A DNA stretch of 64,000 nt from assembly GCA_965644495.1 (NCBI GenBank), contig CBFFSA010000013.1:310001-374000 (forward strand), read 5' to 3'. Each line of letters begins with the position of its first letter. Position 1 is the stretch's first letter. Both the position numbers and the translations under genes were made by a program. The notes below the pieces were generated by a model. It searched no databases. It was not told where the DNA came from and saw only the letters and a list, made by a program, of their open reading frames with translations. The DNA is from Perkinsela sp. CCAP 1560/9 (taxonomy: Eukaryota > Protista > Euglenozoa: Kinetoplastea). This document shows, in pieces, positions 34,941 to 46,969 of the stretch.

Positions 34941-35951
34941 CTGTGACCCCCCCACCTTTATTATGGACACTTTTTCAGCTTTTGTCCATAATAAAGGGGG
35001 GGGGATGAAAAGGGTGTGAAAAAAATAAGGTTAGAGTGCATGCGGTTTTTCATCGGAAAGACGAGCGACGAAATTATGATCAGAAAACTGAACGTGTCAT
35101 ATTGTCAGACGAAAAAATATTTGATACACGAATTTTTGATACTAACAACCCAGGGTAAAGTGGATGAGGGAGATACCAATAGTTTAGGTGCGGCAGTTTC
35201 CACAGGAAAAACGGTATCTCTACCTTTTTAGGCGCCTGTCTTCAGGCGATAAGGGAGATACCGTTTTTTCTGTGGAAACTGCCGCACCTACACTATTGGT
35301 ATCTCCCTCGTCCACTTTACCCTGGGTTACACAGTAAAAACATGTTCCCTAGGACTCCTTAGAGCTTCCCACGCGAGGAAGTCGTCGTCGCTGCGGAAAG
35401 GCTCCACCTTCTGCTTTTGGCCTTGCGCCTCCTCCTTCCTCTACGGTCTTGCGTATCCCACACTTCCTGTTGAAAAAAGCATATGCGGCAAAATGGGGTT
35501 TGCAAATCGCTTCCGAAGACGGGGGTCTCGAGTCGTCCAAAAGGTACGTTTTTCTTTCTTAAAAGCCGAATGAAAGAAATTTTACAAAATTGCCCTCTCA
35601 ATTCACCAGATCTTTCCCCCATAGAAAATGTATGGTACATGGTCCAAGTGGCCGTGGACGAACTTGCTCCGTCGGATAAGCCTTCTTTCATACGCTGTGT
35701 AAAAAACGAGCGGTGTAGATTGCCACAAAAAGTGATTGATAGGACGGTGTTTGGATTGATAGGACGCTATTTTCTCCTTTGTGTGATGTGAAAGCTGACG
35801 AAATTACCTTGCTACAGATGCCCTAAAATACAGAAAAAAAGACGGAAAAAAAGTGGCAAAAAAATATGGCCCCCCTCCGCGGCGCCCGGTCGGATTTGTC
35901 CATAATAAAGGGGGGGGATACCCCCTGTCCATATTAAAGGGGGGGTCACAG
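34941..35951 (+). mobile_element. Deleted Tc1/mariner (IS630-like) element with transposase C-terminal relic
   Basis: CTGTGACCCCCC...GGGGGGTCACAG-TA ends; relic CPLNSPDLSPIENVW at about 35590-35635. Confidence 0.85.
35148..35327. mobile_element. ACCCAGG foldback MITE
   Basis: About 75-bp near-perfect arms ACCCAGGGTAAAGTGGA(T/C)GAGGGAGATACCAA...; relatives at 33974 and 55332. Confidence 0.85.
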
Positions 35952-36184
35952 TATTAACAATAATAATAATTAACGGAATGTTTTTTTGGACGGAAATTAT
36001 TCCGTTAATTATTACTCTTGCTTTTGTTGATTGCAAGTATCCACCTGTATGATTAAAGTAAAACAGTAGAAATCGGGAAACATTCACGAATAACAAGCAA
36101 AGATAAGAAAAATAGCTATTTTTTGACGATAAGAAAAGTCGTTTTCTTGCACGAGTGTTTTCAAACTGCGCACGAGCGGCCGAA

Positions 36185-36523
36185 GTTGTTAGTGGGAAGC
36201 AATTTGCGAAGCCATAGGGGGTAGTATGGCGAGGACCCGCGTGCGCGGAACTGAGCCACACGCGGCGTTGTTAGTGGGAAGCAATTTGCGAAGCCGTAGG
36301 GGGTGGTATGGCGAGGGCCCGCGTGAGCGGGCCTGAGCCATACGCGGCGTTGTTAGTGGGAAACAATCTGCGAAGCCCGATGTACGCGCACTAAAACATC
36401 CGCTTTTTGCCCGATGAAAACATATTTCTGGAAAACAAAAGTGTGGGCGGAGGGAAAAGTAGAAAACAAAAGTGTGGGCGGAGGGAAAAGTGGAAAACAA
36501 AAGTGTGGGCGGAGGGAAAAGTA
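36185..36523. repeat. 82-bp tandem repeat (about 2.3 copies) followed by 31-bp tandem repeat (3 copies)
   Basis: GTTGTTAGTGGGAA at 36185, 36267, 36349; GAAAACAAAAGTGTGGGCGGAGGGAAAAGT at 36431, 36462, 36493. Confidence 0.9.
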
Positions 36524-37087
36524 ACCTGAGCGTGAAGAAAATTTTCTGAAAAAAGCGTCGAAAAGCGGAAGAATATCAGAAAAAACGTTTTTGGAAAAAC
36601 AATTAAGCGCCGCTTCGCGGCACCTATATGCACCTAACCCAAAATTCAACACTACATAGGGGGGGTTGAGCACTCAATAGTAAATAGGGGGGGACAGTAT
36701 TTCAATGATTTTTACTAAATTCCTAACAAAATTTAAGCGTCAAGAGATCTATCTTGTGACTTCTGCGGATACGTCTTAATCAATTCATCCTTTCACGGTG
36801 ACGTCGTTTGTTTTCTTCAGGAGAGAAATGCTTTGAATTTTGTTGATGAACAGACCGACCACTGACTTAAATTTTTGGGAAGATTTTGGTGAAAATCTAA
36901 ATGAAAAATATTTATTCCGCTAAATATTATTCCGTTAATTTTTATCCCAATGATTTTTATTCCGTTAAGTACTTTGACGGTAGTACGAAGAAACAAATTT
37001 AAGTATTGTCCGTGTCAAAGAGCAGTTTATGTAAAAAAAAGCATTCAAAAAGCTAAAAATATTGGCTTCGCCTGCTTCAAAAAATGA

Positions 37088-37813
37088 TTAGCTAAGCGAC
37101 GCTGAGATTCTCTCTATGCCTGTTCCATGTATTTCCAGGATTCTTAGAGAAGAGGGGAACTTTGTGTCGTCAAGTGAACCACAAAGATCCTTGTTCCCAA
37201 ACAAATACATCTCAAATAGGCTTTGCGAACGGAATAGAGGCTCAAAAACAAAAATACCATTAAAGCAATTGTTTTGTAAGGCAATCGTGCGCAACTTCGC
37301 GGGAATATTTATAAAACAAGGAGTTCCACTAAGTTGGTTGTCAGAAATATACAAATAAACTAACGCAGCAGGTAAGGAATGAAATGCCACAGAACCGAGG
37401 AAGCAATTGTAACTTAAGTTAAGAAGATCTATCGTGTCAGGTAAATTGGTAAGATCTGGCGTTCCTATAAATTTGTTAGTCCATATTGAAAGATAAGTTA
37501 ATCTGGGCGGAAGGAGTGAAAAATCCGTTTCACCGCAAAGTTCATTGAGATGGAAGTTAATTGACTTGATTGATTCGAGTAGGAACGCCCATTCGAGAGG
37601 GCCAGAAAGTGAGGCTTCATCCCAGTATATTTTTTCTACCTTGTCCTGATCATCACAGGTCACCCGGTCCCATTCGCAAACAGGCGTGTGCGTATTCCAA
37701 GACGAAGGTGTACCTTGCACATTTTTAAGGAATTGTACCATCTGATATTCTTGCGGAAATTGAGTACCTCGGACTTTGTGAGACCGCATGCCTGTTGAGT
37801 TTTGCTCAGTCAT
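37088..37813 (-). CDS. Leucine-rich repeat protein with plant-like N-terminal cap
   Basis: W-x5-C-x-W-x2-V-x-C cap and LxxLxLxxNxxxG repeats. Confidence 0.9.
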   Translation of the reverse strand: MTEQNSTGMRSHKVRGTQFPQEYQMVQFLKNVQGTPSSWNTHTPVCEWDRVTCDDQDKVEKIYWDEASLSGPLEWAFLLESIKSINFHLNELCGETDFSLLPPRLTYLSIWTNKFIGTPDLTNLPDTIDLLNLSYNCFLGSVAFHSLPAALVYLYISDNQLSGTPCFINIPAKLRTIALQNNCFNGIFVFEPLFRSQSLFEMYLFGNKDLCGSLDDTKFPSSLRILEIHGTGIERISASLS

Positions 37814-38439
37814 CCTGGGCCGAAAGCTAAAGTAGAAGCTAAATAATTCTTTTTTGTTTAAATTAGGACTGCTTTGCCGGAATATTGTGACCCTCCCCCT
37901 TTAATACAGACAGATTTTTGGACTTTGTCCGTATTAAGAGGGGGTACTAAAGATGAGAAAAATATGAGAAAAATTGTAGAATCCTTTTTCCTTTTCTGAT
38001 CTCTTTTCTTCCCCCGGATTTGTGCCCATGACTCGTCGCGCACACCGAAACCGGGGCTCCAAGGATTCACCCGGCGGGAACCACTCCCCCACACACACGA
38101 CCCTCCGAGGACCCTCTACCACCCCTCGAAGTCGTGAACCCAGCCCCCACGACGGCAGCGGCGTGGTGGAGCTACGCCAGCTTTTCATTGATGAGCTGAG
38201 GAAGGTGAGGCCAGACCTCGACGTCAAACTCAAACAGAAGAGACAGGCACGCGACTGCGACTTTTGCGGTTCTTCGTTTGTCTGAGCTGCCTCGACCTCC
38301 GATCGGAAAAGCGGAACGTAATGTGAGAGAGAAAAAAGGATTTGGAAGTTTGTGGGGAGTTGTTCTTGTGTGAAGCTACTACAAGATTATAGCCAAAAAT
38401 AGCCGATTTTCGGGTACAAATGGGGTCATTTTCGCATAT

Positions 38440-39117
38440 TTTTGCTCTCAGAGCACTAAATCCGACATTTGCGCGTGGGAAATCACTCGCAGGCATGAAT
38501 GAAAGCCTACCGAACGTATTGGGTAAAGAATACGACTCCAACCATACCATTCTTTCGACACAAAAATGCCCCTTTAGGTCCGAAAAATCCTTTTTCACCT
38601 TTTTTAGTCAAAAATGGGTCATTTTGAGGGGCGCACCACGGTTCGAAGAAGTGATACCTTGCGAAAACAACTGCGGAGAAAGCTAATGTAGGTCCCAAAC
38701 TATCAAAATACAATAGGGGAAACGATTTTGGAAAAATATTTTTTTTACTAATTTTTTTCGGCAAGTTGAAATTTTTTTCAAAATTTTATTTCCGAAAAAA
38801 TCCGAACTTGGCGGCCCCGTCCTGCGGATACACGGGGGGGTCGACCTCGGGTAGGGGGGTAGAAAATTCGCTCCAAGACCCCGGCTACGCTTTCTGCGGT
38901 TTTTTTTCGAAAACTAATTTTTTCGAAAAAATTTGCTCGACTCCCCCCTGGACTCCCCATTTTTTTCAATTTTTTTTTTCAGTTTTGGACCACCGGAGCC
39001 CCCTTTTATGTTTTTTTCTTCTATTATATTACTGTGTTCCTCTTTATATTTTCACTTTTTTTGTTCACTTTTTTTCAATAATCGAGGGTAGAGCGGTAGT
39101 TTTACAACCACCGCAAT
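38440..39117. mobile_element. Hairpin-ended G-tract repeat family, copy D (reverse orientation)
   Basis: Ends AATAATCGAGGGTAGAGCGGTAGTTTTACAACCACCGCAAT; left boundary approximate. Confidence 0.8.
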
Positions 39118-39364
39118 TAACCGTAATATAATCCACTCGTAAATTAATAATTTTTGAACACACTTTTTGAGTAACTTTTAAGCACCCAAGCCATTGGATT
39201 CGTCTGTGATCATTTTATAAAGGTTTGTGCCTCGTATGAAAGTGAGGTCGATGGTGATAGACATGAAAAAAAGCATTTTGTTTCGGGGATAAAAATAATC
39301 TTAATTAAAAATAACCGTAATTAAAAATAACCGTAATATAATCCACTCGTATTTGAATACTTCA

Positions 39365-39900
39365 CTGTAATAGAAGAAAAAAATATAAAGGGGGCTCCGG
39401 TGGTCCGGAAAAAAATTGAAAAAAATGGGGGGTCCAGGGGGGGTCCAGGGGGGGGTCCAGGGGGGGGCCCAGGGGGGGGTCCAGGGGGGGGGGTCCAGGG
39501 GGTCCAGGGGGGAGCGTCCAGGGGGGGGTCCAGCGAGGGGGGTATAGGTCGCGAATTTATTGTTTTTCAAAATCGAGCGCAGGGAAGTGTTAGAGTATGC
39601 CGCGGCGATGATTTTCCACCCCCACCCCCACCTGGGGGTGACCCCTCTGGTATGCGCAGGAGGGGTCCGACAAGGTTGAAATTTCCGAAATTTTTGGATG
39701 ACCAAAAGAAAAAAAAATGATCCCCCCCAAAAAAAATATTATTTTTTCAAAATCGACTCCTAAAACGTATTTCGAGAGTTTGGGACCTCAGCTACCATTC
39801 TACGGCCTTTTTTTCGTCGGATTCGCCTCCTAACCCTACTGGTAAGGTCTCAAAAACTGCCCAAATTCGGGCTAAAATTTCGCAATTTTCGCCTAAAAAT
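39365..39900. repeat. Hairpin-family copy E (terminus lost) with expanded (G5-10 TCCA)n tract
   Basis: G-runs separated mostly by TCCA/CCCA at about 39427-39542; flanks homologous to copies A, B and F. Confidence 0.8.
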
Positions 39901-39960
39901 CGGGCTTTTTTACCCAAAAAAATAGATTATTCATGATCTTTTGACGATTTTTATTTTTTA

Positions 39961-40038
39961 GTGGCTTTGTTAAACGCGGAGATAGTTTTCAACGCGAAGC
40001 GCGCATCATGAGTGAGTTTTAACGTTTAACGAAGCCAC
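39961..40038. mobile_element. About 95-bp MITE family, copy 3 (internally deleted)
   Basis: GTGGCTTTGTTAAAC...GTTTAACGAAGCCAC with TTA/TAA flanks. Confidence 0.7.
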
Positions 40039-40684
40039 TAAAATAATTAAGACAGTTATTATTCACATTTTGGGAACTCCAAATACTCAAATTTTTGTAT
40101 TTCATCTTGTATTTCATCAGCTTATCTTCTGAGGCTGAAATAAGGGCCATTCGTGCTTTCAATTTCCCATTTCTCTCGTTCATGTGGTGTCCATACAGTA
40201 TCTATACCCTACCGAACTCTCTAAGTGTATCACACCTTTTGTCAACCTGGTGTGCCACAATTTGAGCCGTAAACTCTTATTTTCTATAAATGTCTCCGAG
40301 TGGCTTTGTTTAAATAAGTCAATGTCTTCTCTTTTGTCAATACCAATCTAGAAGGATTGTAAAATCGCTCAACTCGAAAAAACTTCGACCTATTTTTTTA
40401 TACCCACATTTTTATTATTCACATTAGTTTTGGCTTTGTAAAGTTTCATAAAAAGTCCTTATTCCATGCCTTTGAGTATCGAGCTCGTTTCTCTCGTGGA
40501 CAACTTGTTTGAACTCCAGATAGATGTGCACAAAGAAAAAGTAAAAGATGCAAATTTTTATGTAGTTAGCGATGATGAAGTGAGCTCTATATCAGCCACT
40601 TCGTTTGTAGACGATAATGTTGAGAACGCGGAGGCCAAAGATGGAGACGATCGCGAAATAATTAAAATAAGCCTTTAAATAATT

Positions 40685-40935
40685 AATAGAAGAAAAAAAA
40701 AGGGGGGATCCGGTGGTCCAAAATTGGAAAACAAAATTAAAAAATGGGGATCCATGGGGAGGCAGGTCCAGGGGGGGTATACGCACTTTTTTGAAATTTT
40801 GTTTTTGGAAAAGCAACGCAGCGAAGTGTTAGAGTGTGCCGCGGCGATGGGTTCCCCCCCCTGGTACGCGCAGGAGGGGCCCGACAAGTTCGAAATTTCC
40901 GAAAATTTTGGGAAGACCAAAAAAAAAAAAAATCT
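40685..40935. repeat. Hairpin-family copy F (partial)
   Basis: TCCGGTGGTCC...GAAGTGTTAGAGTGTGCCGCGGCGATG...CCGACAAG homology to copies A and E. Confidence 0.75.
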
Positions 40936-43634
40936 GACAAAGAAAAGAAAAAGTTATTTTACTCATAAATTTTTTGTAGTGTAAAAAATCAACTATACCG
41001 TGTTGGTGTAGACTGCAAATATATTTTAGTCTACAACAACTAAGTCTCCTATCATGACAGTCGAAGGTAAGTCTTCCCTGTCCGATGTACTCCGGTCTCT
41101 GCATGAGATGGCTTGTAAGGTGTACGCGTTTCAGACCACCATGAAAAGCGTGGAAGAGGCATTGGCACGTCTCAACGTTCAGGAAGAATGTTTAAAGACA
41201 GTGGAGTCGACAGTAGACCGTTTGTCCGCACGGAAGAGGGGGCCTCGCAAACCTCACGAGATACTTCAGTAAGCCACAAGAGATCAACACCTAAATTTGT
41301 AAGAAAGGCAGGGCGGCACTTCCCTGTATTGAACATTGTTACAGTATACTAAAGGAAGAAGAATCGATTAATTTAATAGTCAGACAAGCTACAGATTTTC
41401 TCTCTGAGACTGCTCCGTTCTACGAAGCCTTGTCTCGTTTTTCAAATCAACCTCCAACTCCGACTGTGACATAGATTTTTCCTACCTTACAGAGGCTGCA
41501 GGAAGAAATGGCCATGTAAGAGACTTCCCTTGAAGCTATCAAAAAGCATACAGATTGTCTTCGTCGGTACCATGTATGGGAATTTTTTTGAATTTGTCCA
41601 GTGGCTCAACCCCATGTTTTTGCGATGGTCGAGAGAACGTGAAAGGGCAAACCGTCGTCTAGTACCTCTGCCATTTGCAGAACGAGTGCGAGCTGCCAGG
41701 TGTGACGCAAAATGGAGCAAAGATGGAGGCGCTAAAAAAGGCAATGACGAAGCGAGCAACTCCAGCACTCAGAGCAAACCCCATTACTCTAGACGAAGTG
41801 AGAGCGTTCAAGAGATTGTCCCATCTAACAGATCACTAAAGGGCCTTCATAGCAGTGTACTGGATTTCCGGTCAGCGACCTGGCGATCTGCTGAAACAAC
41901 AAGTAGAGGACACGAGTCTGATTACGCAAGAGGGCAAAGTTCATCTAGCCATTTAGATGACTCAACATACCTGAAAAAATGGCCAATTCCCCTTTCTCTA
42001 TGAGAGCAGAAGAGATGCGCGTTCTACGCGCGATTTTCGCCCCCCCCCTCAAAATTTCTTATGCTGCAGGAGAAGCAAGCCAGAAAGTTGACCCATATAT
42101 CGTACACAAACGCTAGGGGATGCAGTGACTTGGAAAAACTACAGGATTCTTAACATTCTTTCCAAGATTTTTTAACAATGGTATACATAATCGGTACATA
42201 ATCCCGAGGCATGAAGTCATCACACTAAACACTGGAAGGCTTCACGGAAGGCGTTAATGAACTCAGAACCTACAAGCCACTTCACTGTAAAAGAACACGG
42301 CTCCTTCATGATAATGATCTCTCTTTTTCCCCTTCGGATCTTTGTGCGAAACTGTGCGACGAACCAGAAACGATTGTTCACATTGCTCTGCAAAGTGTGA
42401 ATGGTTCCTTCACACTTTTAGAGAACTGGAAGACATATGCGATAACCTCATTTGCTTTGGCACCGTATTTACGCATGCGATACTACATAAAGCTTCGTTC
42501 TCCTATATTTATTGCTCTTTGCACTCTTATCTCTCGTGAAGTACTCTGATTTTTCAACTCCTCGTATCGTAAACGAAGTGAAGCGCATTGTCGTAGACGC
42601 AATCTATTTTGCCAAAAGAGCACGGCTGCGCGTTATTTCTAAAGTGACAAAGGATATTCTCTCTGACGAGTTCTGACGCATGGCTAACGATCAACAACGT
42701 CACGTTGTAGAAGATTGCTGGGAATGCCGCGGCCCGAAAAAATACAAGCATTTTTGGGTCTTTCGTCTCGCTATTAATCAAAGATATTTTTCCGAGACGC
42801 ATTGTTCTCCGGGACGAATAGTGATCAACAGACGATACCCCGGGGGGGGGCGTGTACGAAGGCAATGCAATTCCAAGATTTTTACTTGATTACTCAAGCT
42901 TCAAGACAAAGAACTGCTCAGCGCGTGGCGGCTTCGAAACAGTGTTCAGAAGGTTACTCGTGCACTTGTTTTGCAGTGGATTAAGGACGCACACGCACGT
43001 GTATGGGCAAAGAACCAAAGCACTTTATTAAAGTCGCACAACCCTATATTTTGCGATCTTCGACTGAGTACCCTTGGATTAAGTCAAGTCTTAAGGATTA
43101 AGACTTTTTTCCTGCACATGCGGTCTCACCGTCCCCAATTTCAAAAGGAGAAAACCCACCTGTAACACAAGAAGTCATTGTGGTAGAAAATAGCCTGGAA
43201 AACACGTCCGACTACACGATAAACAGTGGAAACGATTACGCGGTCGAAAGCGCTTTCTTACGACTTATGCTGTTGATACATTGTGCGAAAATGTATTGCG
43301 CGCATACCGTCTACTCCCTTCGGAGCACAGAAAGATTCGATTATTTCTAGCTTTTTTTAGGGATTATTTTTAGCGAAGTTTAGTCAGATTTTCCCGACTC
43401 ACTATTGCGGTGCTGTTTTTTAACAATCATTTTTTCTTCGTGGAACTCCCGAAGTATCTGTTGACAATTTTTGATAGCTACGAGGATTGTTCTCCTATTA
43501 TTGAGGATTGTTCTCCTATTGCTCCTTAAGATTTCCTCCAGTACCTCACATACAATACAAGTTGCGATGTGGATGTGCTAGCTTCTGCAGAGGTATTTCA
43601 TTCTTTTTTGAACATTGCAAACGAACAGCGCAGC

Positions 43635-44408
43635 TTACATGACTTCAGCATTCTGTGGTAAAATTTCAAGCGAGCACGTGGTAAGACGAGAAAGTAAATC
43701 AGGTAGAAATTTGGGCAATGGAATGTAGTTTTTGCTTATGTTCACGGTGCCTTTCATCCCCTCTAAACATTCAATGTTTTGTATCTCATTAAATCTATTT
43801 TTGTGAAGGTGTAAGCACCTCATCTCAGAAGGCAGCGAACCAAAATCAAGAGTTCCCTCCAGCTGGTTACTGTCCAGAAGAAGAGATTGTAGCGAAGTTA
43901 ATAATGTCAAATCAAGATTTCCTCGTAAGTCATTTTTACGCACCGAGAGCCATATTAGACCAACAGGAGTTTCGCTTAATCCCTCAATCCTAGAAAAGTT
44001 ATTCGAAGACGCATTAAAATCGTGAATGTCTTCTGGTAAATGCTGTAAAGGTAGGCTATCCGCAAAGTTGTTTGAAGTTACATGCAAATCCTGAAGAGAG
44101 CGCGGCATTAGCTCAAGGGGAAGCGCCTGCTTGAGCTCATTAAAACTTAGATCTAATTCAAACAAAGTAAGAGGGAGATATTCCCACAAAAGCCGTCCGC
44201 TTAATCCAAAGTTATTCCACGAGATTTCAAATGGAACGCCTTCTTCGCAGCAAAGCACACCTTTCCACTGACAGCCTTGCTGTGTAGTGTTCCATGTCTC
44301 TTGTGTGTGATCTACATATCTCAGTAGGGAAGAAAGTTCATATTCCAGCGGCAATTTCGATCCTCGTACACGATAACTTCTGAGATTCACAGATGTCACG
44401 TCGGACAT
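43635..44408 (-). CDS. Leucine-rich repeat protein, paralog of 37088-37813
   Basis: Shared N-terminus RS-x2-VRG-x3-P-x-EY, Cys cap and LRRs; start at MSDV inferred. Confidence 0.9.
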   Translation of the reverse strand: MSDVTSVNLRSYRVRGSKLPLEYELSSLLRYVDHTQETWNTTQQGCQWKGVLCCEEGVPFEISWNNFGLSGRLLWEYLPLTLFELDLSFNELKQALPLELMPRSLQDLHVTSNNFADSLPLQHLPEDIHDFNASSNNFSRIEGLSETPVGLIWLSVRKNDLRGNLDLTLLTSLQSLLLDSNQLEGTLDFGSLPSEMRCLHLHKNRFNEIQNIECLEGMKGTVNISKNYIPLPKFLPDLLSRLTTCSLEILPQNAEVM

Positions 44409-44642
44409 ATTTTTTTTACGAAACAACAATAAAAAGAAACACGGGTACCAAATTGGACTCCTCGGAAATGCAACAAATAGCAAGCCAATAAAGCTTGAAA
44501 AGAATTGTACAGTGCAAATAGAATAGTTCAGGTGGTAATAATTTCATGACTCAAAATGACATACGCCCTATTCAGCAATCCTCCTGCCTCCTACGAGTAG
44601 CAATAGTAGACCACGGACTACTAATCTTCTACTGCACGCAGA

Positions 44643-45569
44643 CTAAGTCAAACTGCGAAACAAGAGGTTAATTTTCTCACGGTCTCTTCGCAGTCCCATG
44701 ATCAATGTGTTGTAGAGTATCCCTACCAATATCCCTCCGGAAACGCCCCAATCATGTAGCTGGGGTGTCACTTGGCGATACTTGGGTTCAAACGGATCCA
44801 TATCTATCACACGCTCCTGTGGGGTATAATTCATCATAAAATCAGAGGGTATATCAAAAAACGATCTGCCCTCCTTACGACTTTTATCCTCCGTTGCTGT
44901 GTGAGTGCGCTGCCGATACACCCGAGGGGTCCAGAAATACTCCTCAAACACTTTATAGGTGAGATACGTCGCCGCCACCACAGACGCCCTCCCCCCTCTT
45001 GTGATAAAAAGAGAGCGCACCCATGGACCTCCCCGGGCTCGTATTCTACTCAGTCCCTCTCCTATCCTTCTACACCCTGTTAACTCTTTTACAAAAAACG
45101 AAAATGAAGAACTTTCTCCTTTTCTCTGCACATTACCCCCCGATCCCAACCACGCAACACACAACGCACACAGAGCGGCTCCGGAACTCGAGGAGGCATC
45201 GAACTTTGTGGCATTTTTTGCGCTGTCACGGGCGCTCTCCCAGAGATAGGCCCCGGAGGCTACCCATCCCGCACAGAGAAACAATTCCGTGACATGAGCC
45301 ACGCCTAGCCGCGCGACAAGTACAGGGGCTGTGGTCACCCCAACCAGACAGTGTGAAAACAAGTCATACACGCTGACACACTGGAGAAGAGCCAGCGGGG
45401 TGGGATAGAGCTGCTGGGGTGAGGTGAGAAAACAGTCTCGCATGAGGTTGGGCTTATCGGAGCGCAGCGCGGCGGGGAGGGCGGCGTACGAGTTGTGGTG
45501 GTAGGCACAGAAAGTAAGCTGCTCGGCGACCCAAATTGTGGAGAAAAGTTTCGCCCCCGCAGTCCACAT
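44643..45569 (-). CDS. Rhomboid-like membrane protein, resembling kinetoplastid TimRhom
   Basis: RLG...LFLCAG..ASG, SSSGA and DWGVSGGILVG segments correspond to rhomboid TM helices with degenerate catalytic positions; family resemblance from memory. Confidence 0.55.
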   Translation of the reverse strand: MWTAGAKLFSTIWVAEQLTFCAYHHNSYAALPAALRSDKPNLMRDCFLTSPQQLYPTPLALLQCVSVYDLFSHCLVGVTTAPVLVARLGVAHVTELFLCAGWVASGAYLWESARDSAKNATKFDASSSSGAALCALCVAWLGSGGNVQRKGESSSFSFFVKELTGCRRIGEGLSRIRARGGPWVRSLFITRGGRASVVAATYLTYKVFEEYFWTPRVYRQRTHTATEDKSRKEGRSFFDIPSDFMMNYTPQERVIDMDPFEPKYRQVTPQLHDWGVSGGILVGILYNTLIMGLRRDREKINLLFRSLT

Positions 45570-45796
45570 GGAAAAATAGAAGTGAGTAGGAGTGTAAAAG
45601 GGCGAGAGTGATGCTTATGGGAAAGATGTAGATAACATGCTAAGAGATAAACAGGTAGAATACAGTCGATGAACAGGACACTACGGTGTCCTGTTCTGAT
45701 AGCATTTCCCAGACACTTTCCCATGGTACCCTACAAACTTTCCCATGGTACCGAAACGAAACCTCGTCCCACCCTATATCCTGTACACCCCCTCCA

Positions 45797-46468
45797 CTAC
45801 CTACTAAAAAACAACCGTTTCCTTAACGGTTTACTCCCCCCCGTCTCCACCGAGGTCCGTTGAAACAACCCACTCGCAAACGAAAGCACGGAGGATTTTT
45901 CCTTCCCCTTTACCTCCTCCTTTTCCCCCCCCTCCCCCTCCTTCCCCCCTCCCCCCCTCTCCCCCACCATCACCATCTCCTGCAACGCCACGTAGGGTTT
46001 GTACCACCCCTCGGGGGGTCGCCCCCCGCTGCGGGCTGCGGGGGCCATCCGCTCGAACCGGCGCACCACCTCGGGCTCCACCCCCACCCACCGGGTCAGC
46101 GCGCTGGGGCGCCCGGTGACGAAGGGGAACCGCCGCGGGTCGGGGACGCGCTTCCCGGCCCGGATGTACTTGTTCCCGGAGGGGTGGGCGACGCCCTGGA
46201 CCATCTTGCGGATGTACCCCGGGATGTGGTCCCGGGCCCGGGAGAGGTTCCCGCGGAGGGTCTTGCTTAGGGGGTGGCTGCGGTAGAGCCCGATGCCGTG
46301 GCCGGTGCCGTCCACCCCTTTGTCCATCCAGGGGGGCCAGGTGGGGGGGGTGGGGGGGGTGTAGGGGGTGGCGTAGGGGGTGTGGGTGAAGGGCTCGGGG
46401 TAGGGGTAGGTGGAGGAGGAGGTGGGGTAGCGGGAGTAGAGGGCGCGGGGAGGGGTGGGGCGGAGCAT
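45797..46468 (-). CDS. Probable mitochondrial protein, possibly a kinetoplastid mitoribosomal subunit
   Basis: MLR-type presequence; conserved-looking core WMDKGVDGTGHGIGLYRSHPLSK...QGVAHPSGNK...YKPYVALQE; assignment from memory only. Confidence 0.55.
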   Translation of the reverse strand: MLRPTPPRALYSRYPTSSSTYPYPEPFTHTPYATPYTPPTPPTWPPWMDKGVDGTGHGIGLYRSHPLSKTLRGNLSRARDHIPGYIRKMVQGVAHPSGNKYIRAGKRVPDPRRFPFVTGRPSALTRWVGVEPEVVRRFERMAPAARSGGRPPEGWYKPYVALQEMVMVGERGGGGKEGEGGEKEEVKGKEKSSVLSFASGLFQRTSVETGGSKPLRKRLFFSR

Positions 46469-46969
46469 GGGGAGGTCAGGGACGCGTAGAAAGGGGAGAG
46501 AAGAAAAGGATAGAGTTTGTGTGAACTTTTTTTGTTTTTATATTCAAAGAAAATATTTGGAATGGCTTTTTTCACGTGGTTTGTCAATATGAATTGCGAA
46601 TTCAAAGGAGAGTAACGACAACGGGGATTCCATTCTTGACCTTTGTAATGACATTGTAACTGCGTACCCTGTCGCAACTAACCCACTACCCCCGAAAACA
46701 AACCCATCCTGCCCTTTTCTCTTCCCTCCAACCCCTCCCCCACGCTACTGCACTCCCACTACCACACTAAGACCCCCGGAGGAAGAGTCTGATCTCGACC
46801 GTTCCCAATCCTTCCTTCCCCCCCGTCGCTTGCTCTCCCAAGCCCTTGTCAAACCCTTCCCCGTATCCCGGGCTCACTTCCCCCTTGGCACGAAACTCGT
46901 AAAAACGAGTAACGAAACCCACACTACGAAACCCACAGAGCGATATTTACAACCCCTACCCCGGTTTTG

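Larger units (their letters stand above)
34921..36985. mobile_element. MULE-like non-autonomous element with 9-bp TSD
   Basis: TIR (GAG/TAC)TACCGTCAAA(A/G)TACTT; TSD CGAAGAAAC at 34912-34920 and 36986-36994; subterminal TTAACGGAAT repeats. Confidence 0.7.

Noticed and set aside
34158-39117. A 5-kb Pack-type transposon bounded by the two opposed hairpin ends and carrying the LRR gene
   Set aside because: No TSD, and the motif occurs as a solo end in other copies.
39301-39720. Pro-rich and Gly-rich ORFs
   Set aside because: Translations of the G-tract repeat.
41054-43165. Fragmented ORFs at 41-43 kb (likewise 5398-5832, 56320-56742 and 58453-59228)
   Set aside because: No recognisable motif; may be decayed genes or element interiors but cannot be called without a search.
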